From Candidatus Pacearchaeota archaeon (GTDB taxonomy: Archaea > Nanobdellota > Nanobdellia > Pacearchaeales > UBA284): DNA of 58,089 nt. Both the position numbers and the translations under genes were made by a program. Positions 49,860-58,089 of the stretch are shown piece by piece (position 1 is the first letter of the stretch; the number at the start of each line of letters is the position of its first letter). Location: the NCBI GenBank assembly GCA_038894195.1, contig JAWAPZ010000004.1, positions 1 to 58,089 on the forward strand, read 5' to 3'. The notes beneath the pieces are model-generated. The model ran no database searches, had not been told where the DNA came from, and saw nothing but the letters and a program-made list of their open reading frames with translations.

Positions 49860-50798
49860 TTAAACTTTCCTGATAAACCTCTCTTTATTTTTCCCAAGTA
49901 ATATAACTCTTGAGTTTTCTTTTTCATCAAGAATTCTGTACCCAGAGAACTTAGAAATTTGCTTTGCAAAATTTTTAATTTCAGAATGCTGCGGCATATT
50001 TTCTTTTTTTAATCTATGCTGAGAGAACCCTATATGCATGTAAGCTTTCAATTCAACAAACCATGGTTTTGAAATTTTGATTAATTTAGCATATTCTTCC
50101 GGATTCATCATGTTTAAACTTTTAATTAAAGTAATCCTTATAACAGTTCTTGTTTTTAGTTTAGGAAGCAATTGCAGAGTTTTAAGAATATTTGCCCATC
50201 CTCCTGCAATCGGCCTACAAATTTTTTTAAAAATTTTTTCATTGCTTGCATTTAATGAAACATATAATTGTGTTGGCAAAATATTTTCATTTTGCATTTT
50301 TTCTAGCATCTCAGGATTCTCACCGTTGGTCACAAGGAATGAAGTAATTTTTCTTTTTTTCAACTCAAGAATCAATTCGGGGAGTCTTGAATATAACGTT
50401 GGCTCACCTGCCAAACTTATTGCAAAGTGTCTAGGATTCTGAGCTTCAAAGAACTTTGTTTTGTCTGTTTTTCTGTTTCCAAGAAATCCAGACAAAAGTT
50501 TTCTCTGGGCTTTTATACAGCCGTCCACAATTTCTTTTGCATTGTCAGGATTTTTTATTTTTTTAAAAGTAAATTCTATAGGACGCCAGCAGTAAACACA
50601 TCTATGATGACAAAATGCAATTGCTGGTGTCATTTGACAACATCTATATGATTGAATGCCATAAAACTTCTGTTTATAACAAAAATCTTTGTTTCTAAGA
50701 CTTTCCTTTGTATATTTACAAATCTGAACTGCAGAATGTTTCCCGACAAGGGCATAATGCTGCTTTTCTAGCATTGACTTTAATTCTTTTGAAAGCAT
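49860..50798 (-). CDS. taw1: 4-demethylwyosine synthase (radical SAM)
   Basis: HSAVQIC, CYKQKFYGIQS, CHHRCVYCWR, ISLAGEPT, ELKAYMHIG. Confidence 0.95.
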   Translation of the reverse strand: MLSKELKSMLEKQHYALVGKHSAVQICKYTKESLRNKDFCYKQKFYGIQSYRCCQMTPAIAFCHHRCVYCWRPIEFTFKKIKNPDNAKEIVDGCIKAQRKLLSGFLGNRKTDKTKFFEAQNPRHFAISLAGEPTLYSRLPELILELKKRKITSFLVTNGENPEMLEKMQNENILPTQLYVSLNASNEKIFKKICRPIAGGWANILKTLQLLPKLKTRTVIRITLIKSLNMMNPEEYAKLIKISKPWFVELKAYMHIGFSQHRLKKENMPQHSEIKNFAKQISKFSGYRILDEKENSRVILLGKNKERFIRKV

Positions 50799-50822
50799 AG
50801 AATAAATTATAAAAGAAAATTT

Positions 50823-51107
50823 TTATATCTTTTTGTTACACTTTCCGACATAATTTTTTAAATAAAAATTATAAGCTTCAGGAGGTGTAAAATTTTCTAT
50901 TTTCTTCTTGTTATCCCTATAGATTATTTGTCTTTTAACTTCTATATTCTTTCCATTATAATAGATATAAACTTTTAATACTTCTTTAATTTCCAAGCCG
51001 TCTTTGCTTCTATTTGCAGAAGCAAGAGTAGATAAAACTTCATCAGAAAGTTCAGCAGGAAGTTTTTCTTTGGCTATACACAATATAATTTTCTTTTCGA
51101 TTGCCAT
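50823..51107 (-). CDS. hypothetical protein
   Basis: 94-aa ORF. Confidence 0.6.
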   Translation of the reverse strand: MAIEKKIILCIAKEKLPAELSDEVLSTLASANRSKDGLEIKEVLKVYIYYNGKNIEVKRQIIYRDNKKKIENFTPPEAYNFYLKNYVGKCNKKI

Positions 51108-51319
51108 AGTTTTTCGTTTTTTTTAACATTTTTAAATTTATCTCACGAATAGTACCACTCAAAATTACAACAAATACCGACGGTAAAATATATATGTTGA
51201 TTTGCAATAGTGTTTATAAATAAATGTAAGTTTTACTTAAAATCTTTATAATAAGATAATCTTCAAGCTTGATTAGGTTACTAGTGCCTAGCCAAGCATT
51301 GAAAGGAGGTTTTAAAAAA

Positions 51320-54300
51320 ATGGTGACAAAAAGCAAGTTTTTACTTGCTGCTGCAGTGATCTTAGTGATAGCTTTTAGTTTAGTGAGTGTTTCTGCGGCT
51401 ACCCAAAATTTCTATCCAAAGTGGGGAATCGACACTACTTCTGGAGTTTATATCATGAATTCTAGCGATTTAGCAAAAGTCAATTCTAGTGAAGATGATA
51501 GATATTCTACTAAAGGATATTGGTCCTCAAGTTATTGTGATGAATATTTACAATGGAATTTCAGTTCTAGTTTATCTGGGCTCACTATCACAGGATCTTC
51601 CTTGACATTCGAATGGCAAAGAACTAGTTCAACAGAAGCTGAAGCAAGATTAAGAGTATGGGATCATACAGCAGGAAGCTGGAGCAGTTGGTATAATCTC
51701 AGTGCTCCTAATGCTAACCAAGATTACAATTTTACAGTAAATCTCTCTTCTTTTATAAACACAGTAAGTGATATCAATAATTTTAAGGTTCAGTTTCAAG
51801 CAAAAGACGGTTCTGGAGCAAAAACAAAACACGATTTGGTTCAATTGACAGTAAATTATGAAGAACCAGATACTCAAGAGCCAGACACAAATGTAACTCA
51901 TTTCACTAGAGATGATGGAAGTGATAGAAGGAACTGTACTTGGAATGGAACAGCGTATCAAGCATTTGTAAACTTTGCAGATGACGATATAGTTGGAAAC
52001 GGTGTTTCTGCTGATGACCAATCTAACCTATCAAATATTTGGTATATTAGAACCGGCTGGGCCTACTGGGATCCAGCAGGGTATGGAAACCTTAAGCAGG
52101 TAGTTCCATGGTGGACGCATGCTGACGATTTCTGGGGTGGAAGATCTGTTTACAAAGTTTGTGGGAGAGCAAAAGATGTTTATCATAATGAAGAACCAGC
52201 ATTACCAGTTGAAGAAGTCCCAGAAGATGACTGCTGTTGGTTATGTATTGATCGACAAAACCCTGGAACAGTTAGCAATTTAAAGCCAGACGTAGATGAT
52301 TGCTCAGAACAAGGGCATTACTCTAACTCTAGTTGTGTGACATGGACTTGGAACCATGCCATTGATAATGGTTGTGCAGGGATAGATTACTACATCGTTA
52401 AGTTATATTTTTCAAACGGAACTTTTGTAAGTGAAATAGAAACAGAGGATACATCAGAAGAATTTTGTAACTTAGAAGATGGTGAAGACTACTATGTAAC
52501 TGTCGAAGCTGTTGACAAGGCAACAAATGTTGGTAATCCAGTACAATCAGATGAAGTTATAATTGACTTGACAGATCCTGAAGTAACAATTACAGGACCC
52601 GATCCTGAACAATGGTATGATCCTGGATTTTGGGTTTCTGAAACAGATTTTGATGTAAACTTAGATAAGTGTTATTACAAGATAACAGACACTTATGATG
52701 GAAGCCATACAGAATGGATACAAACAACATGCAACCAAGATGTTTATGTTGATCCTGCAATATATTGCCAACATGATGGTGAGTATTGTAAAATTGAGAA
52801 AAAAGCAACTGATTTTGCTTGCAGAGAAGGTTTTGATGATGAAACTTATAAAGTAGATACACATAAACCTACAGTAAATAAAACAGTTGGAGAGCCAAAA
52901 TATCCTGGAAGACAATGGATGCAATGGCTTCTTGATTGGTTTATCACAGATAAAACACCAATAACAATAACTTGTGATGATGGCCAAGGAAGTGGAGTTC
53001 AAGCTATTTATTATAGAATAAATAGCGGAGAATGGTTAACTTCACCAAATCCATTCACACTAAGCCCTGATGGGGTTTATTTTATTGAATATTATTGTGT
53101 TGACAATGTGAACAAAACAAGCGACATGAAGAACGAAACAGATAAAGTTGACACAGAAGGACCGGAAACAACAAAGACAATAAGCGAGCCAAAATATCTT
53201 AACGGAGCTTACATTTCAAGTCAAACTTTATTTACACTTACAGCAGAAGATGAAGAAGTTGGTTGTAAAGAAATTCATTACGAATATGGAAGTCCTGGTT
53301 CTGGTCAGGGAAGTGGACCTTGTAATGGAACATCTTTCCATATTGTAGGACCTGATGGAAATTATACACTTGAATTCTGGGCTTTTGACTTGCTTGATAA
53401 TGAGGAAACACATAAAACACAACATCATTTCTTAGATAACACACCACCACAGATAACAATTGAAAATCCTGATTCGCCTGTAGGATGCGCAATGTTGCAG
53501 TTTGATGTTATTGCTAAAGTTATAGACCCTATTGTGAATGGTGGAGCTTCTGGCGTCAAGAACGTGGAAGTAAGAATTGATGGGGGCAATTGGCAAGAAA
53601 TGATTTATCTTGGAAATAACAGATGGTATGCAAGATTTAGCAATTTAATTGATGCTGGCTATCATAACATTGAAGTAAGAGCTTTTGATAATGTCAATAA
53701 CAGTAATACAAAAATAAAAAATGTTAAATTTGAAGAGGATGTTTACTGGGAAGTTCAACCAAACAATTGTGAAGTTTTGAAGAGTGAGGGCAAAGAATGT
53801 TCATTCAGGTATAAAATGACATTATGCCATGGTGGCAATTCTGTTGCAATGGCAATGCATAAACTATGCTGCTTGACATGGTTAAACCCAAAACTATACA
53901 CTTCAAGTGACTTAGTTGATGTAACAGAACTCTGGAAACTAAACACTTTCTGGTACGAAGGTAGTTTACAAGAAATGTTTGGATGGACACATTTCCCTGG
54001 ATGGTGTGACAATACTGTTGTGCGAGAATGGAATGAAATTGCTTTAGAGAATTTTAATACAACAACAAGAACTGGTTATGTGACACTAAACTTTACAGTA
54101 CCTCAAGGAATAAGTGGTTCTTGCGAGAAAATGTACTATGCTGTAAAACCTAGTTATAAAATACACGAACCTTATGATTCAACACAACAACTAGTACTTG
54201 ACCATATAATACCAAGAGTTAGTTATTTCAGAATCACCTGGCCTACTGGTAAAGTAATTTTTGAACCAGTTGGTCCAAATTATGGAGAGTGTGGCAATGG

Positions 54301-54796
54301 AATTATTGAAGCAGGAGAACAATGTGATCTAAACAATCTTGGAGGCAAGACATGTAGCGATTATGGCTATAATTCTGGAACACTATCCTGCAACAGTGAA
54401 TGCAAGATAGTAACTTCGGCCTGCTATAACACTGGTGGCCAGGGTGGTGGTCACGGTGGTGGTGGCCAAGTAGCAGGCGGTCAAACAACATGCAAGGAGA
54501 ACTGGATATGTACTCCTTGGGGTCCTTGTGTAGCTGGATTTGAATACAGAACATGTAAAGATATCAATAATTGTGGAACAACTCTAGAGAAACCGGATGA
54601 AAAACAAACATGTACAGGAGAAGCTGCAGGGCCTTCAGAAAACAACATAAATTCAGCAACAAGTAACGGAATAACTGGGGCAGCCATTGGTGGAAGAGGG
54701 AATCCTCTTGTTGGGGCACTTATAATGGCGGTTATTGTAGCAGGAGCTTTAGCAATAATGCTTGTAACTAAGAAAAGAGGAAAGAAAAAGTTTTAA
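51320..54796 (+). CDS. large cell-surface protein (Ig/FN3-like repeats, Cys-rich modules, C-terminal TM)
   Basis: SD AGGAGGT at 51304-51310, signal peptide, repeated DxxxP Ig boundaries, CGNGIIEAGEQCD, TM plus basic tail. Confidence 0.88.
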   Translation: MVTKSKFLLAAAVILVIAFSLVSVSAATQNFYPKWGIDTTSGVYIMNSSDLAKVNSSEDDRYSTKGYWSSSYCDEYLQWNFSSSLSGLTITGSSLTFEWQRTSSTEAEARLRVWDHTAGSWSSWYNLSAPNANQDYNFTVNLSSFINTVSDINNFKVQFQAKDGSGAKTKHDLVQLTVNYEEPDTQEPDTNVTHFTRDDGSDRRNCTWNGTAYQAFVNFADDDIVGNGVSADDQSNLSNIWYIRTGWAYWDPAGYGNLKQVVPWWTHADDFWGGRSVYKVCGRAKDVYHNEEPALPVEEVPEDDCCWLCIDRQNPGTVSNLKPDVDDCSEQGHYSNSSCVTWTWNHAIDNGCAGIDYYIVKLYFSNGTFVSEIETEDTSEEFCNLEDGEDYYVTVEAVDKATNVGNPVQSDEVIIDLTDPEVTITGPDPEQWYDPGFWVSETDFDVNLDKCYYKITDTYDGSHTEWIQTTCNQDVYVDPAIYCQHDGEYCKIEKKATDFACREGFDDETYKVDTHKPTVNKTVGEPKYPGRQWMQWLLDWFITDKTPITITCDDGQGSGVQAIYYRINSGEWLTSPNPFTLSPDGVYFIEYYCVDNVNKTSDMKNETDKVDTEGPETTKTISEPKYLNGAYISSQTLFTLTAEDEEVGCKEIHYEYGSPGSGQGSGPCNGTSFHIVGPDGNYTLEFWAFDLLDNEETHKTQHHFLDNTPPQITIENPDSPVGCAMLQFDVIAKVIDPIVNGGASGVKNVEVRIDGGNWQEMIYLGNNRWYARFSNLIDAGYHNIEVRAFDNVNNSNTKIKNVKFEEDVYWEVQPNNCEVLKSEGKECSFRYKMTLCHGGNSVAMAMHKLCCLTWLNPKLYTSSDLVDVTELWKLNTFWYEGSLQEMFGWTHFPGWCDNTVVREWNEIALENFNTTTRTGYVTLNFTVPQGISGSCEKMYYAVKPSYKIHEPYDSTQQLVLDHIIPRVSYFRITWPTGKVIFEPVGPNYGECGNGIIEAGEQCDLNNLGGKTCSDYGYNSGTLSCNSECKIVTSACYNTGGQGGGHGGGGQVAGGQTTCKENWICTPWGPCVAGFEYRTCKDINNCGTTLEKPDEKQTCTGEAAGPSENNINSATSNGITGAAIGGRGNPLVGALIMAVIVAGALAIMLVTKKRGKKKF

Positions 54797-54840
54797 TTTT
54801 TCTTCTTTCTTTTATTTTTGTTTTTTCTTTTTTATTTTTA
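54797..54840 (+). terminator. oligo-T terminator region
   Basis: Long T-rich tract immediately after the stop codon. Confidence 0.55.
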
Positions 54841-54961
54841 TATTAAATTCCTTATTTTTAAATTCTTGAATGTAGTATCATGCTTTTGTTAAAATCCAAA
54901 TGATTTAGACTATGGTAAAATCAAATAACTTATGCAGAAGTTTATATTTTTAGATAACAAT

Positions 54962-57235
54962 TTAGCTAATTTTATCTAAAAATTGTCTAACGCGACTTTT
55001 ACCCTCTTCCCTGATTTGAGAAGGCGCGGGATGCTGCAACAAAAAAGTTTCTATTGCTCTTTTTTCATCAACATAAAGGGGTGTTATTCTCTTTGCTTTT
55101 ATAACAGAAGCAATTTTCATGTAAAGTGGCATGCTTAACAAAATCTCATTCTTAAATGCTTTATTAGCAAGAGCTTCTGAGATTTTTAAAGTTTCATCTG
55201 AAGACACTCTAGCAATTCCTTTATCAACTGTAAATGCAATCAGTCCTGAATGCGCACCTGAGCTTACAGCAAGCTCAAAACCAGCCTCCTTTGTTAGTTC
55301 TCGATTGAATTTTTCTGTAAATGCCTTTATCTCATTCAGTGTTTTTATGAGGTACAATTCCTTGCCTTGTTCAGGGAAAAATATGATTAACTTGTTATTA
55401 TGCAAATCTGCAATACCCCCATAACCTTTGATTATTCTTGTTATCCCATCAAAAAAATTGGTTGTTATTCTTTCAAACATAGCTGTACTTTTCTTCTTTA
55501 GATTTTCTAGCTCGTTAAGACCATGGACCTTAACAAAAGCCAAGCTCACCTCCTGCCTTGAAACTCCAATCAACTTAGCTGTTTCGATATGACAAGCATT
55601 TAGCCTTGACGCATGCTTAAGAAAAATTTTTTTCAAATGATTTTCTTCATCTGCTTGTTTTCTGCCGTAAAAAAGTTGTGAAGGTGGAACACTGGAGGGT
55701 GACTGACCCTTTATTTTGTTTGGTTCAACATATCTGCTCACCATCTTATCTTCAGATTCCTTGACTTTAAATTCTTTTTGCTTTTCTTGTATTGCTTGTT
55801 CTGCTCTCTTTTTACCGCTATCATCAGCATAAGAAAATTTCACGTAACGTTTTCTCTTTTTAAAATGAAATATACTCTCTAAATAACTTTTCAAGTGAAT
55901 TCTTTTTCTCAAGAGATAAACTAAACAAACTACAATAACTAAGATTACCAGCCACAAGTAACTTTTTCTTGCTTCTTGTCCACTTTTATCAAGTTCTATT
56001 GCTGCAACAACGTCTCCTGACAGAGCGACATCGCTAAATTGCTCAACACTACTCAAAAAATCAAAAGAAACATTATAAGTTCCCTTAGGTGCTTGTATTC
56101 TAAACGTTTGTGTTTCATTAACCCTTAAGTTAAGATCAAGTATTAAACTTTTTGAAGAGTTCCCAAAATTTAGTTTCATATTTAGTGGTTTGTTATAAGG
56201 TACATTGCCTACATTTCTCGCAATTAAAGTGCCATTGCTAAGATTGACTTCAATTTTTTCAACCAAGGGCATAACAACTATTTTTTCAGCTTTGAATCCT
56301 TCTGAATAAGCTGTGATCAAATAATCTCCAGGACTGGCAAATAAATCAAACTGAAAATTTGTTGAATTTCCACTTACAAGAAATTCTTCTAGAAGTAAAG
56401 TTTTCCGCTCTAAAGTTAAAAATTTATCCTCCCTTCGAAACAATCTTAAAGAAACATTCTCTGGCAGTGTTGTATTATATTGATCAATAAGTTTCGGTGT
56501 TATTGTTATCATGCTCCCAGGCATTATACTTTCATTATTAATCTCTATGATTAACGAAGAAGGTACAGAGGCAACACTGAAATTCAAAGTAGCTGAACCT
56601 TTATTCCCAAGATCATCTAAAACTTCAACGTAAAATAAATTACTTCCGGGTTTAACGTCCTCAGGGACTTCAGAAGAAAAAACAAAATTTCCTTTGTCAA
56701 CAGAAACTGAAAAATTCTTATTAAAGACAACTAAGTTAGCTATTCCTGTAAATAAAGCACCACTTTTTTTGTAAATTTTTCCTTTCACTTCAAACTTATC
56801 TTTTGGCATAAAAAAAGCTTTATTAAGGCCTAATTCAAAATTTATTGCATCGCTAATTAAAAATTCATCAGAAACTGCTGTTTCTATAACAGCGTTATCT
56901 TTTTCAGTCGAAGCAACGAATTTACATAATCCGGTTGAGTTAAAATTAAAACTCAAGTCTATATTTTTTGTTTCATCTTTCTTCAATTTAATTGGTGCAT
57001 AATAAACTAAAAATTCCTTTTCAGCGCAATTCAGGGTAACTTTCAAAAAACCATCAAAATCTTCATTCACAGCTAAACTTACCGATTGTGCTATCTTATC
57101 TCCTAAGTTATACGTTTTAGAAGGCTTAGTAAAAACAATCTTAGCATCAACAACGCTAAAAAGAATTAAAGTGAAAATTACAAATATAAAAAGAGATACA
57201 AGTTTTTTATTTAACATTTTATTAACCTTATGCAT
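54962..57235 (-). CDS. single-pass membrane protein with Ig-like ectodomain and degenerate class III cyclase-like domain
   Basis: Signal peptide, TM, VSLAFVK...IKGYGG...SGAHSG...EILLS. Confidence 0.7.
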   Translation of the reverse strand: MHKVNKMLNKKLVSLFIFVIFTLILFSVVDAKIVFTKPSKTYNLGDKIAQSVSLAVNEDFDGFLKVTLNCAEKEFLVYYAPIKLKKDETKNIDLSFNFNSTGLCKFVASTEKDNAVIETAVSDEFLISDAINFELGLNKAFFMPKDKFEVKGKIYKKSGALFTGIANLVVFNKNFSVSVDKGNFVFSSEVPEDVKPGSNLFYVEVLDDLGNKGSATLNFSVASVPSSLIIEINNESIMPGSMITITPKLIDQYNTTLPENVSLRLFRREDKFLTLERKTLLLEEFLVSGNSTNFQFDLFASPGDYLITAYSEGFKAEKIVVMPLVEKIEVNLSNGTLIARNVGNVPYNKPLNMKLNFGNSSKSLILDLNLRVNETQTFRIQAPKGTYNVSFDFLSSVEQFSDVALSGDVVAAIELDKSGQEARKSYLWLVILVIVVCLVYLLRKRIHLKSYLESIFHFKKRKRYVKFSYADDSGKKRAEQAIQEKQKEFKVKESEDKMVSRYVEPNKIKGQSPSSVPPSQLFYGRKQADEENHLKKIFLKHASRLNACHIETAKLIGVSRQEVSLAFVKVHGLNELENLKKKSTAMFERITTNFFDGITRIIKGYGGIADLHNNKLIIFFPEQGKELYLIKTLNEIKAFTEKFNRELTKEAGFELAVSSGAHSGLIAFTVDKGIARVSSDETLKISEALANKAFKNEILLSMPLYMKIASVIKAKRITPLYVDEKRAIETFLLQHPAPSQIREEGKSRVRQFLDKIS

Positions 57236-57328
57236 AAAGGTACACCGTTTTTATAAAAAAATCATACAAGCAAGATATTTAAAATTTTGTATGCTAAAAT
57301 ATTTAAAGTATGCCACACAAAAATTAAT

Positions 57329-58089
57329 ATGGGAAATCTGAAAAATGCTTTATCAGCCTTTTTGACTCTTGCAGTTATGGGTGGTGGTCTTTACTACGTT
57401 TACCAAAGAAATAAAAAGCCAGATATAAATTTTTTCGAAATTCCTGAAAAAAAGCAAGCGTATGAACCAGAACCTTCTACAGGACCCATGAGCCAAAGTA
57501 TAGAAAGAGGTGTTGAAAGGAATGTTTCAGAAGAGAAAAATTTGGAGTATGTTGAAAAAGAATTAGCGGGGGGAAGAGTAAAAGAAATTGTTAAAAAAAA
57601 GAAGAAAATCGAAGAACAGCGAGAAATAGCAAGAGAAATGAATGCAAAATTATTGGCACGTCTGAAGGAAAGGGCTGCATGGAGCAGGGAGGAATATACG
57701 CAAAAATATGGGGAAGATCCAATAACTGGAGAGCGGGTTAGCACAGGCACACAAAATCAAAGCCAAACAGAAAATCTTGAAGAAATAATTTTTGATGATA
57801 ACTGGGGTTACTGGGAAAAACAATCCTGGCCAGCCCTTATATTAAAAAACAAGAATGTAGCTATAAGAGTTCTTAGTCAAAGAGTAGAACATTATCCTTA
57901 TATTTTTGGAAATGATACAGAATTAGCACCATATCTTGTTATTAGAGTAGAAGCAAGGGCTTTAAAAGGAATTGCAAAATTTGACTTCTTGAATAACCTC
58001 TGGATTTCTTGTGGTGGTGTAAGAAGAGATATCAGAAGCTATCGTGCAATAGACCTTTACCAAAAATTAAATGGAATACTGCCAGGGAC
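57329..58089 (+). CDS. membrane-anchored hypothetical protein, partial (runs off window end)
   Basis: ATG at 57329, MGNLKNALSAFLTLAVMGGGLYY..., no stop before the edge. Confidence 0.75.
   Translation, partial: MGNLKNALSAFLTLAVMGGGLYYVYQRNKKPDINFFEIPEKKQAYEPEPSTGPMSQSIERGVERNVSEEKNLEYVEKELAGGRVKEIVKKKKKIEEQREIAREMNAKLLARLKERAAWSREEYTQKYGEDPITGERVSTGTQNQSQTENLEEIIFDDNWGYWEKQSWPALILKNKNVAIRVLSQRVEHYPYIFGNDTELAPYLVIRVEARALKGIAKFDFLNNLWISCGGVRRDIRSYRAIDLYQKLNGILPG

Noticed and set aside
1230-57750. Many short antisense or overlapping ORFs in the track (e.g. 2487-3008, 7581-8126, 57400-57750)
   Set aside because: They are shadows of well-supported genes on the other strand or frame and carry no motifs.

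Overview
AT-rich chromosomal region of a reduced-genome archaeon, most likely DPANN (Pacearchaeota/Woesearchaeota-like; inferred from gene content and protein style). It is mostly housekeeping: aIF2 beta/gamma, rps6e, TFS, TFE, thermosome, the rpoH-B-A-L30e-nusA cluster, class I LysRS, AsnRS, Dph2/Dph5, Taw1, RtcB, Rpp30, Tmk, deoxyhypusine synthase and arginine decarboxylase. It also carries Cys-rich surface proteins, a type IV pilin and four tRNA genes, all with introns at 37/38. The standout is a structured tRNA-intron family. The 118-nt tRNA-Gly(GCC) intron is a head-to-tail array of three intron-like units (34+34+50 nt), each starting with AATAAGG and ending with TGGAA. The same hairpin, with a compensatory base-pair change, makes up most of the 33-nt intron of tRNA-Cys(GCA) 9.4 kb away, suggesting a mobile, self-amplifying intron element. 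Other oddities are a dCMP deaminase with TAG exactly at the catalytic Glu, a bacterial-type Lgt homolog, a compact RpoA'/A'' fusion with a bridge-helix proline, a stand-alone Dph2 N-terminal fragment and a receptor-like degenerate cyclase. All calls are by eye; no searches were run.
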